64,000 nucleotides of DNA from Eledone cirrhosa. Lineage: Eukaryota. Of the stretch, positions 22,489 to 35,600 are shown one piece after another. A program made the translations under genes and the position numbers. How positions within the stretch are numbered: the first letter of the stretch is position 1; every line of letters starts with the position of its first letter. The stretch covers positions 364,808,001-364,872,000 of the forward strand of contig OZ024742.1 of assembly GCA_964016885.1 (NCBI GenBank). The letters run 5' to 3'. A model generated the notes under the pieces. That model was not told where the DNA came from. It ran no database searches and saw only the letters and a program-made list of their open reading frames with translations.

Positions 22489-25400
22489 ATGTTTCTTTTA
22501 TTTGCCACCAGGGCATCAAAAGTGGGACAAGTACAATGGGGGAGTTTACAAAACAAGGCGTCCTCAATAAGGAGGAGGCAATAACAATATATAAAAATAA
22601 AATAAAATATAACAAAAAATAAAATTTGTAACAAAGTCCTCAATAGAGAGGAGGCGCCTTGGGGGGTCGCACACACCCCCGAAAAAAGTGTGCAACCCTT
22701 CTCCTCAGGAGCACAGAGAAGGGGTGCTCCCTTGGTCTTTCATCTTCCTCACCTATAGTCTGATGTAGAGTGAAGGCCCATTCACACGGGCCATTCTCGC
22801 CACTTTCACCCATCTTTCATAGAAACGGCTGGGGTGCAGCACCTCTCTCTCCATCCTGATCCTTCTTCCGAAATGATATCGGAAGAAACGGACCAGTTGT
22901 TGGCCAGAGAGAAAGGTGTCTGACCTCAGTCCTTTCAGACGCGTCCACCATACAACCTCTTTCGCCATGGATATTACGCACAGAAACACCGCCTCTTCTT
23001 CGAGGGGAGGCGGCTTTATCGTTACAATAGACTCGGTGGTCAACCGGATCGGTCCCACCCTTGACAGCAGTTGTTCGACATAGCCCCACAGATCGGCAAT
23101 GCCCGAGCAGTGTACGAATGCGTGTGCAACGGTTTCCTCGTCGCACACGCATCTGGGACAGACCTTTTTCGATGGGTCCCTACCCGGGCGCCCGTGTCTG
23201 TAGAGCCTTTCTCGAACGGGCAGAGCCCTTCTGTAGCATTGCCAGGCCAGGGACCTCTGGAAGTTATCCATGGGTCCCGGGCTGAATGTCCTACCGAACA
23301 GGTTGGCCAGTTCGTCTTCCTCCATGCCTAGGGCTTCTCCGAGGGCGTCGTCGCACCTGCTAACCACCAGCCCTCTATAGAATGACGAGGTGGATTCTCC
23401 ACTGACAGCCGGGTCCGCCTGCCAGAGAGCCGTGAGCGCCTGGGCACACTCGGTGTGCCAGGCGCCCAGTTTTCTCGGTCTTTGCTTGACCCAGGATTGC
23501 AACTCGGTGAGCGAGACGAGTCTGGGAAAGGCTCGCCTCACAAACGGGGCCCACACCGGTTGACCGGAGAGGAATACCTGAAGGTGCCGTAGCCTTAATG
23601 CGTGTTTACGTATCATCAGCCACGGCATCCCCAGCCCTCCTTTCGAAGGGTGTTGACAGCAGATGGATCTCCTCACCATAGGAGCCCGCTTCTTCCAAAG
23701 GAATTGGAAGAGTGCGCGCTCCATTTTGGCGAGCGTTTCCCTTGGGCAAGGCAAAACGGTCAGGCGGTAGTAGATGACGGACGCTATACAAGTGTTCGCC
23801 ACCTCCGCCCGACCTTTCAGGGACAGTTTGCACTCGGCCCACTTCTGGGTCAGTGCAAACACCCTGTTCGTCACCTCACCCCAGTTCTTTCTACCTGGAA
23901 GTCTGGTCCGAACCAGACCCCGAGCAATTTCACCGGGCCCTCCGTCCAGCGCCCGACGACGCCATCGGAGGGCATCGATCTGCCCCTCCACGTGCCGAGT
24001 TGCAGACCGATCGACTTGTCCCGGTTCAGCTTAGCCCCTGTAAACCTTTCGTACTCCTCCAGTAAGGTGCCGATCGCCCCGATTTCCGAGGCCGTCGACA
24101 CCATTACTGTTACGTCATCGGCGTAGGCTGACACCGCTTTCCGCAATCCCGGTTCCAACGGGATGCCCTGCAACAACTCCAACTTCCGCAGCAGTGGCTC
24201 TAGAGTCATTACATACAGAAGGGAGGAGAGAGGGCACCTCTGTCGGATGGGCCGCGCGATTTCGAACGGCTCCGAGAGGTAGCCGTTCACCTTGACCCTA
24301 GAGCAGATGCGGCTGCTGTGCATGGCATTGATCCAGCCCCTGAAAACGGGTCCGAAGCCTGCCACCGCTAGCACCGCATCCAGGTAACCATGGTCGACCC
24401 TATCGAATGCCTTAGATTGATCCAAGTTGATCAGGGCCCCACCAAAGCCGGGTTCGTTCCCAACCCTCTCTATGATGTATCGCATGAGGTGGAGGTTGTC
24501 GTGGATGGACCTGGACGGGATAGCACATGTCTGCGCATCTCCCACCAGGTTGCCCACGACAAGCGCCAACATCTTTGCCAAAATCTGTAACTCTGTATTT
24601 AGCAGAGTTATGGGCCTGAAATTATTTATATCAACCCCTTGTTCTCGTCCTTCCTCACTAGCGTGACTACGCCCTTGGTCACAGCACAGGGAATTCGCCC
24701 GTTCTGTTGCCAGTTGCAGTAGACAACCTCGAGGAGATCGGGGAACAAGTCCGGCATAGCTAGATATAGTTCGTATGGAAGACCATCGAGACCCGGGTAT
24801 TTGCGTTTGCCGCATTGGCTCAGCACGTCCTCTATCTCAGCGGCTGAAATCGGCCCCTCGCAGGACTTCGCCTCCCTGTCCGAGAGACGCGGCAGGCCGT
24901 CGAGGTATGGACTGAAGTCCACGTCCCCAACCGGCCCCCCGCCCCTTCCGAACAATTCGCCAAAGTGCTTTTGAAAAGCCTCGCACATCTGCTTAGGTTC
25001 AAGGATCACCCGTCCATCCTGGTCTCGCAAAGACCGGATAGTGGATCTGCTCCCTCTGTTGGCTTCTGTCACGCGGGCCCAGCTAACAGCTTTGGTCCCC
25101 TCGTTTCCCAGAGCATGTATTTTGCTTCGGACGATGCAGCCTTCGTGTTTCGCGTCGAAGAACTGGCCCAGGGCCGTTCTCGACGCTAGCACTCTAGCCA
25201 CGTCGCCGCTTCTAATTGCCTCTTCTACACTATCTACCAACTCCCTTTCCTTCCTATTTCTATTGGAGGCTAACTCCTTACTAAATTCTATAGAGACTAC
25301 TCTAATCTCTGTTTTGAGAGATCCCCACCACCTGCTGTTGACGATGGCGCCCGTCAACCGCTCCTTAACTAAAGTGCTAATCCGGTTCCTGTAAGCCTTA

Positions 25401-25660
25401 CTTGCCGGTAAGGACAAGTTGAGCTTCCAGTAACCGGGTCCCTGTCTATGAGTTCTGTCAAGGTTGACCATGCAGGTCACTAATTTGTGGTCTGAATAGC
25501 CAACCATGCGCATTTTTGGACAACTTAAAAAGTCCTTATCCTTAATTTTGACTAAGAACCTATCTAGGTACGACCTAGATGTTCCGCTACGATTTGCCCA
25601 AGTCCAGGTTGGCGCAGTCGGAAAATCTAGTCGATATCTATCGGCCAGGTCAAATCGACC
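22489..25660 (-). mobile_element. Tx1/L1-clade LINE copy C (diverged subfamily), 5'-truncated within the APE domain
   Basis: ORF pieces 24626-25513, 23871-24815 (FRPITLLN, KAFDRVDH, YADD) and 22753-23991 (CPRC..HAFVHC). The 3' end has AATAAA. (GATA)n at 25661-25675. Confidence 0.9.
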
Positions 25661-26263
25661 GATAGATAGATAGATGTGGATGTTTATGTTCCGTGACGTT
25701 GCAGATCGACAAATAACAGATCGATATGTTTAGTATTGGTATAGGTCTGATTAACTAAATAATTGTGGGGACCCAGGATGGTCGCAGCACGGTGGCAATG
25801 TGGAGTCTGAAACCGGTAAAGAAATAAAGTTCTATCTTAATCCATGTATGTAGATATCAACATTCGTCTCTTCCTGCTGAGAGAACCCCTTCTAATGACG
25901 TGTCATTTGTTATGTACCTTCGTTATCTTGGTGATATATTAATAGAGGAATCATTTATTCTGTCCTCTCTTAAATGCTATTTCTTGATAATGCAATCAAA
26001 GCTATTCACAACTGAAATACACATGAATGCCTCTAATTGAGGATTCTTTTTTACTTGGATCTTACTCCCAATCGCTTGATATGATTGGACTCTGCTGTCT
26101 TGATCAATGCTTCATATGATTGGACTCTACTGTATCCATCAATGCTTACCATCCATTGGCCTCTGTGCAGTGGTGTGCCGCAAGATGTAATTAGGTGCGC
26201 CGCCAAATTTCAACATTCTATCTCAAAATGCGAAAAATACAATTTGAAATTCGTAACAAAGCG

Positions 26264-26367
<104 letters not shown>

Positions 26368-28989
26368 GCTGTCAAACTGGGAGATAGCTAGCCTAAGAAA
26401 GAAATCTTTACCAAAAACACTAAGTACATAATTATCATCAACAACTTTGTTGTTATAGAATGATTTAATATTAATGAAGAATATGTTACCTTCTATCTAC
26501 TAAATATCCCTGTACTGAAAGTAAAATAACATTGCCCTTTGGCTCCTATATTAATTACATTGGTTTAACAAAACCTAGCAGTGTTCTGAAACACCCAAAT
26601 CAATGCGCATCTTGGCACCATACATGTTTATTTGTCACTAGTCTCCAGCCATTTTCTTCAAATTAATAATTTGAGGTATACCAAAATAATTTCAACTACA
26701 TTTTACTTAAAATAAACTGGTAAGAGCATCGGTCTTATCCTGCCAACAATTTAGAATAGAAATATTTAGTTGCTTAGATATTATGAAGTGTATTGCAAGA
26801 AGTTCCCAAATTTTGTAATTTTAACCTGTGTTTAAGAATTTTCGTGTGAACACTGTAATACAGAAAGTAGATAAACCATTATAGTCATAGCCTTTATATA
26901 AGTTAAACAAAACGAAAATATGATTGTATTCCAGCTTTCATAAATATTTTTGTGTCGAATTTTCAAGAATCGTTTGTAAAACGTTCATATTCAGAGCAGA
27001 AATATGATATAAATTTCATTAAAATAGCGTTTAAAGTTTTAGTTCTTTTGAGACTAGTTTACGAAGATGGTTCTTTTGGTGAGTAAATTATAGCTGATGA
27101 CGCGAGTTCCTGATAAAATTACATGCAGCAGCGAGTGTTGGAAGCAGTAAAATATGTTGCTAGTCATTTGTTTTTAAATCCCTGCAGATATATCGATCGG
27201 AAAGCAAACGTTGCCTTAACTTTTTCATTAGCATATTTCTTTTGCAATGCACTTCCTATGCTTTTCAAATAAATTCGAAAATATTAGAGATTTTGAGGGT
27301 ATTGATATTAAAATTTCCCACTATTCAGGGAGTTTATTATGAAAAAGGTTAAAGTGTTTGGCACATTTTCCCCACCCGTTTGAAATCCAATAATAAGCTT
27401 GGACAACAAATTCTATATTTGAAAATTGGTTCAGAAAGTATTTCTTTCCTGAGAACAAAAAGCATTCTAAGTAATCTTATCTAGATTTTGTAATACTCTT
27501 TTTCAGTATTCCGAGTTATCTAGTGACGTATAAAAAAATGCCAACGTTATATAATTAACACCAAATGCAACTTCACAACTTGAGCCAAAGGACTAGAGAG
27601 TGATAGTGTCATTCCTGGTCTAATAAATAAACAAAATACTTACCGAAGATTGTGGAAATATATAGTGACAGTAGAGAAACAATTAATCGTAAAGAATAAA
27701 AGGAAATATTTGGCAAAAAGAATCGAATTGAAAGATATTTATAATGCATCACATGACACAAAAATTGGCAGTATGAAAACCGTTGAAAGTTATATCTCAC
27801 TGAATAAATAATTTGCTAGATTCTAGGCAGAACATGCTGTAGCCACGGGAGAATTGACCCGACTTAGTTTAAAATTGGCAATGCCTAGAATAAATGAAAA
27901 TAATGGTAGAGAATTGTTGAACTCAGGGACGATGTGCCGACATCGTTGGAAACGGATATCCAACAGTAAAAGATTCTTCTTTTTCTCTCTAAGAAATGGA
28001 ATTTACAAAACACTGGTCAACGTAAGAGTATATAGACATTCCCGGGGATTGGAACACGAAACGGTAAGGTTGTGATGCGAACTCCTTAATCATATAGACA
28101 TGTATTTCCCTACATAGTATTCCGTCAACAGTTGTTGAAAAGAACTCTCTAGTCAGTATCGATTCTTTCAATGGTAATAAGGAGCCTCGGTGCTACCAGA
28201 AAATATTCTGGTAATTTAGAAGCAGATTGTATTGTGTCACACATTTTCTTCTGTTATACCAGAATCTTCCCACACAAACTGGATCCAATTGTATTCACCG
28301 TAATATTTTAGAAACAATTTTGTTTAATTCTCGCTGAGGAATTGTTCTTTGCACTGAGCATTGATTTTTCATTAAATGTTCCTGTCATATCCATATAAAG
28401 AGCTGTCTGTTGCGATATATATATATATATATATGTGTGTGGTGTGTGGTGTGTGTGCGTTATACACGTGTTAGTGAGTTGCACGAACATTTGTGTGTGT
28501 CTGACTTAAAGATAAGTAATTACCATCAAGTTCCAGAGAGGAATGTCAAATGGTAAATAGACATTTCTAAAGTAGGTTGGAACTATGTTACAGATATTTA
28601 CCAATCAGTTAGTTTTTTTCGCTCTGCTTCCATCGATCAGATTATCGATTTAATAAGTAGATCAAAGTCACCGAGAGAGAAAAGTACAAAAACTGAAATA
28701 TTGCGTTGCTTTGTCTACGTTAGGAATGTCTAAGAAGTTACTTCACGTTTTGACTTTTATATTATATAGTTTTATATTTTATAGAGAGCTAGCTGTTAAC
28801 AAAAGGAACTGGCCATCTTTGGAAATAACAAGGTTGAAACTAGCATCAGTATCGGAATGTAAATCAACACAGTGTAGAACAAATCTCTTGACAAACAGCC
28901 AAAGGCAGGATCGGCTCCAGGGTAAATGATGATAGCTAACAGCTTATAACGGTCGACAACTTAAAATCCCGAAATGCTACCATCACCGA

Positions 28990-29415
28990 ACGCAGAAAAT
29001 ATTCTCATGAACTGCTAAAAAATCAACAGAATTGACAGGATTGAGACCAATATGGCGAGAGAAGAACATCAATCTCAAAGATAAACTAATAATTGTTTTA
29101 CTTTTATATAAAGCCGAGTTGTGTAATCTCTCACTGGGGAATTACAGAAGAAATTGCTGGCATCCGAATGAGATGTTAGACAAATCTGGACATCTTTTAC
29201 AGGGAAGAGATAAACAAAAACAGCACAGAAGTTAGGCAGAATGTGGATGTGAAGCTAATCACTGTAATGAAAGGAAGAATGGGATGATATAGTCATGTGA
29301 CAAGAACATATAGATTGTTAAAGACCTTCTTTCAAAGAATTGTTCACGGGTAAAAAGGTAAAGAAGTCCCAAGAAAAATCAATGGATGACATCGAAGAAT
29401 GGAACGGCAACGAGA
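28990..29415 (+). pseudogene. Decayed RTE-type LINE ORF2 3' fragment
   Basis: Remnants LRPIWREKNINLKDK, LLYKAE, SHVTR..LLKTFFQ and W.DDIEEWNG resemble the RTE C-terminal region. Confidence 0.55.
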
Positions 29416-29430
29416 ACGTAGCATTGCATC

Positions 29431-29600
29431 AGACGTGATTGACATGGATGGCGGACAGCACGGTACTATAGCAACGTAGGAGTCGTAAATGATGTGGATG
29501 ACGGGCGGCATGGTACCATAGCAAAAATGGAGTCGTGATTGACGTGGACGGCGGACAGCGCGGTACCATAGCCAGGCAGGAGTCGTGATCGATGTGGATG
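29431..29600. repeat. 50-bp GC-rich tandem repeat, ~3.4 copies
   Basis: AGTCGTGATTGACGTGGACGGCGGACAGCGCGGTACCATAGC.. recurs at 29431, 29481, 29531 and 29581. Confidence 0.85.
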
Positions 29601-29669
29601 AAGGGAAATGGTGTATTGCTCAGCATTAAAGCAAAAAGAAACAAGAGAATTAATTTTTAAATGACCTGA

Positions 29670-32600
29670 ATAGAATTAAACTGGTAGAGAGAATTATATA
29701 TTGGTAGAGAGAATTATATACTGGTAGAGAGAATTATATATTGGTAGAGAGATTATATACTGGTAGACATAATTATATATTGGGAGAGTGAATTATATAC
29801 TGGGAGAGATAATTATATATTGGTAGAGAGAAGTATATATTGGTAGAGAGTATTATATACTGGTAGAGAGAATTATATATTGGTAGAGAGATTATATACT
29901 GGTAGAAATAATTATATATCGGCAGAGTGAATTATATATCGGTAGACATAATTATATACTGGTAGACATAATTATATATTGGTAGAGAGAATTATATACT
30001 GGTAGACAGAATTATATATTGGGAGAGAGATTATATATTGGGAGAGAGAATTATATATTGGCAGAGAGAATTATATATTGGTAGAGAGAATTATATACTG
30101 GTAGACAGAATTATATATTGGTAGAGAGAATTAGATATTGGTAGAGAGAATGATATACTGGTAGACAGAATTATATATTGGGAGAGAGAATTATATATTG
30201 GTAGAGAGAATTATATACTGGTAGAAATAATTATATATTGGCAGAGTGAATTATATATCGGTAGACATAATTATATACTGGTAAACATAATTATATATTG
30301 GTAGAGAGAATTACATATTGGGAGAGAGAATTATATACTGGTAGAGAGAATTATATATTGGGAGAGATAATTATATATTGGTAGAGAGAATTATATATTG
30401 GTAGAGAGAATTATATATTGGTAGAGAGAATTATATATTGGGAGAGAGAATTATATACTGGTAGAGAGAATTATATATTGGGAGAGAGAATTATATACTG
30501 GGAGAGATAATTATATATTGGTAGAGAGAATTACATATTGGGAGAGAGAATTATATACTGGTAGAGAGAATTATATATTGGTAGAGAGAATTATATATTG
30601 GTAGAGAGAATTATATATTGGTATAGAGAATTATATACTGGTAGAGAGAATTATATACTGGTAGAGAGAATTATATATTGGTAGAGAGAATTATATATTG
30701 GTAGAGAGAATTATATACTGGGAGAGGGAATTATATATTGGTAGACATAATTATATATTGAGAGAGAGAATTATATACTGGTAGAGAGAATTATATACTG
30801 GTAGGGAGAATTATATATTGGTAGAGAGAATTATATACTGGTAGAGAGAATTATATATTGGTAGAGAGAATTGTATACTGGTAGAGAGAATTATATACTG
30901 GTAGACAGAATTATATATTGGTAGAGAGAATTATATATTGGTAGAGAGAATTATATATTGGAAGAGAGAATTATATACTGGGAGAGATAATTATATATTG
31001 GTAGAGAGAAGTATATATTGGTAGAGAGTATTATACACTGGGAGAGAGAATTATATATTGGTAGAGGGTATTATATACTGGTAGAGAGAATTATATATTG
31101 GTAGAGAGTATTATATACTGCTAGAGAGAATTATATACTGGGAGAGAGAATTATATATTGGCAGAGAGTATTATATACTGGGAGAGAGAATTATATATTG
31201 GTAGAGAGTATTATATACTGGGAGAGAGAATTATATATTGGTAGAGGGTATTATATACTGCTAGAGATAATTATATACTGGGAGAGAGAATTATATATTG
31301 GCAGAGAGAATTATATACTGGTAGAGAGAATTATATATTGGTAGAGAATATTATATACTGGGAGAGAGAATTATATATTGGTAGAGAGTATTATATACTG
31401 GGAGAGAGAATTATATCTTGGCAGAGAGTATTATATACTGGGCGAGAGAATTATATATTGGCAGAGAGTATTATATACTGGGAGAGAGAATTATATATTG
31501 GTAGAGGGTATTATATACTGCTAGAGAGAATTATATACTGGGAGAGAGAATTATATATTGGCAGAGAGTATTATATACTGGTAGAGAGAATTATATATCG
31601 GTAGAGAGAATTATATATTGGTAGAGAGAATTATATACTGGCAGAGAGAATTATATATTGGTAGAGAGAATTATATACTGGGAGAGAGAATTATATACTG
31701 GGAGATAAGTATTATATATTGGTAGAGAGTATTATATATTGGGAGAGAGAATTATACACTGGTAGACAGAATTATATACTGGGAGATAAGAATTATATAT
31801 TGGTAGAGAGTATTATATATTGGGAGAGAGAATTATATATTGGTAGAGAGAATTATATACTGGGAGATAAGAATTATATATTGGTAGAGAGTAGTATATA
31901 CTGGGAGAGAGAATTATATAATGGGAGAGAGAATTATATATTGGTAGAGAGAAGTATATATTGGTAGAGAGTATTATATACTGGGAGAGAGAATTATATA
32001 TTGGTAGAGGGTATTATATACTGCTAGAGAGAATTATATACTGGGAGAGAGAATGATATATTGGCAGAGAGTATTATATACTGGTAGAGAGAATTATATA
32101 TCGGTAGAGAGAATTATATATTGGTAGAGAGAATTATATACTGGCAGAGAGAATTATATATTGGTAGAGAGAATTATATACTGGTAGAGAGAATTATATA
32201 TTGGCAGATAGAATTATATACTGGTAGACAGAATTATATACTGGGAGATAAGAATTATATATTGGTAGAGAGTATTATATATTGGGAGAGAGAATTATAT
32301 ATTGGTAGAGAGAATTATATACTGGGAGATAAGAATTATATATTGGTAGAGAGTAGTATATACTGGGAGAGAGAATTATATAATGGGAGAGAGAATTATA
32401 TATTGGTAGAGAGAATTATATATTGGTAGAGAGAAATAGATACTGGTAGAGAGAATTACATATTGGTAGAGAGAATTATATACTATGAGAGAGAATTATA
32501 TATATGTAGAGAGAATTGTATATTGGGAGAGAGAATTATATATTGGGAGAGGAAATTATATATTGGTAGACAGAATTATATATTGGCAGACAGTATTATA

Positions 32601-35600
32601 TATTGGTAGAGATTATTATATATTGGGAGAGAGAATTATATATAGGTAGAGAGAATTATATATTGGTAGAGAGAATTATATGCTGGGAGATAAGATTATA
32701 TATTGGTAGAGAGTATTAAATACTGGGAAAGAGAATTATATAATGGGAGATAGAATTATATAATGGGGAGAGAATTAAATATTGGTAGAGAGTATTATAT
32801 ACTATGAGAGAGTATTATATATTGGGAGAGAGAATTAAATATTGGTAGACAGAAGTATGTACTGGTATACAGAATTATATGCTGGTAGAGAGAATTATAT
32901 ATTGGTAGAGAGGATTATATATTGGTAGAGAGAAGTATATACTGGGAGAGAGAATTATGTATTGGTAGAGATAATTATATATTGGGAGAGAGAACTATAT
33001 ATTGGTAGAGAGAATTATATATTTGGGAAGAGAATTATATATTGCTAGAGATAATTATATATTGGTAGAGAGAATTATATACTGGGAGAGAGAATTATAT
33101 ATTGGTAGAGATAATTATATTTTGGGAGAGAGAATTATATATTGGGAGAGAGAACTATATATTGGTAGAGAGAATTATATACCGGGAGAGAAAATTATAT
33201 ATTGGTAGACCGAATTATATATTGGGAGAGGGAATTATATATTGGTAGAGAGTATTATATATTGGTAGACAGAAGTATGTACTGGTAGACAGAATTATAT
33301 GCTGGTAGAGAGAATTATATATTGGTAGAGAGGATATATATTGGTAGAGAGAATTATATACTGGGAATGAGAATTATATATTGGTAGAGGGAATTGCATA
33401 TTGGTAGAGAGAATTATATACTGGGAGAGAGAATTATATATTGGTAGAGAGAATTATATATTGGGAGAGAGAATAATATACTGGGAGAGGGAATTGCATT
33501 TTGGTAGAGAGAATTATATACTGGGAGAGAAACTTATATACTGGGAGAGAGTATTGTATATTGGTAGAGAATATTATATACTGGGAGAGAGAATTATATA
33601 TATGGAGAGAGAATTATTTATTTGTAGAGAGTATTATATACTGGTAGAGAGAATTATATATTGGTAGTGAGAATTATATGTTTGTAGAGAAAATTATATA
33701 TTGGTAGAATGAAGTATATATTGGTAGAGAGAATTATATATTGGTAGAGAGTATTATATATTGGTAGAGAGAATTATATATTGGTAGAGAGTATTATATA
33801 TTGGTAGAAATATATATATATATTGGTGGTGAGAATTATATATTGGTAGAGAGAATTATATACTGGGAGAGAGAATTATATACTGGTAGAGATAATTATA
33901 TACTGGGAGTGAGAATTATATACTGGTAGACAGAATTATATATTGGTAGAGAGAATGATATATTGGGAGAGATAATTATATATTGGTAGAGAGTATATAT
34001 TGGGAGAGGGATTTATATACTGGTAGACAGAATTATATATTGGGAGAGAGAAATATATACTGGTAGAGAGAATTATATATCGGTAGAGAGTATTATATAT
34101 TGGGAGAGAGAATTATATATTGGTAGAGAGTATTATATATTGGTAGAGAGTATTATATATTGGTAGAAAGAAGTATATATTGGTGGTGAGAATTATATAT
34201 TGGTAGAGAGAAATATATACTGGGAGAGAGAATTATATACTGGTAGAGATAATTATATACTGGGAGTGAGAATTATATACTGGTAGACAGAATTAAATAT
34301 TGGGAGAGAGAATGATATATTGGGAGAGATAATTATATATTGGTAGAGAGTATATATTGGGAGAGGGATTTATATACTGGTAGACAGAATTATATATTGG
34401 GAGAGAGAAATATATACTGGTAGAGAGAATTAAATATCGGTAGAGAGTATTATATATTGGGAGAGAGAATTATATACTGGGAGAGAGAATAATATATTGG
34501 TAGAGAGAATTATATATTGTTAGAGAGTAATATATACTGAGAGAGAGAGAATTATATACTGGGAGAGATAATTATATATTGGTAGAGAGTATTATATACT
34601 ATGAGAGAGAATTATATACTGGTAGAGAGAGTTATTTATTGGTAGAGAGAATTATATACTGGGGGAGAGTATTATATATTGGTAGAGAATATTATATACT
34701 GGGAGAGAGAACTATATATTGGTAGAGAGAATTATATATTGGGAGAGATACTCATATACTGGGAGAGAGAATTATATATTGGGAGAGAGAATTATATATT
34801 GGTAGAGAGAATTATATATTGGTAGAGAGTATTATATATTGGTAGAGAATATTATATATTGGGAGAGAGAATTATATATTGGGAGAGAGAATTATATATT
34901 GGTAGAGACAAATAGATACTGGTAGAGAGAATTATATATTGGTAGAGAGAATGATATACTGTTAGACAGAATTATATATTGGCAGACAGAATTATATATT
35001 GGTAGAGAGTATTATATATTGGTAGAGAGAATTATATGCTGGGAGATAAGAATTATATATTGGTAGAGAGTATTATATACTGGGAGAGAGAATTATATAA
35101 TGGGAGATAGAATATATAATGGGGAGAGAATTATATATTGGTAGAGAGTATTATATATATGAGAGAGTATTATATATTGGTAGAGAGGATTATATATTGG
35201 TAGAGAGAACTATATATTGGTAGAGGGAATTATATATTTGGGAGGAGAATTATATATTGCTAGAGAGAATTATATATTGGTAGAGAGAATTATATATTGG
35301 GAGAGAGAACTATATATTGGTGGAGGGAATTATATATTTGGGAGGAGAATTATATATTGCTAGAGAGAATTATATATTGGTAGAGAGAATTATATACTGG
35401 GAGAGAGAATTATATATTGATAGAGATAATTATATTTTCGGAGAGAGAATTATATATTGGTAGAGAGTATTATATATTGGTAGACAGAAGTATGTACTGG
35501 TAGACATAATTATATGCTGGTAGAGAGAATTATATATTGGTAGAGAGGATATATATTGGTAGAGAGAATTATATACTGGGAGAGAGAATTATATATTGGT

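Noticed and set aside
18197-25394. Plus-strand ORFs overlapping the LINE copies
   Set aside because: Antisense shadows of the GC-rich ORF2 with no independent motifs.
25745-25830. Hammerhead-like GAAA-CCGG-TA motif
   Set aside because: No matching CUGANGA box or stem I found upstream.
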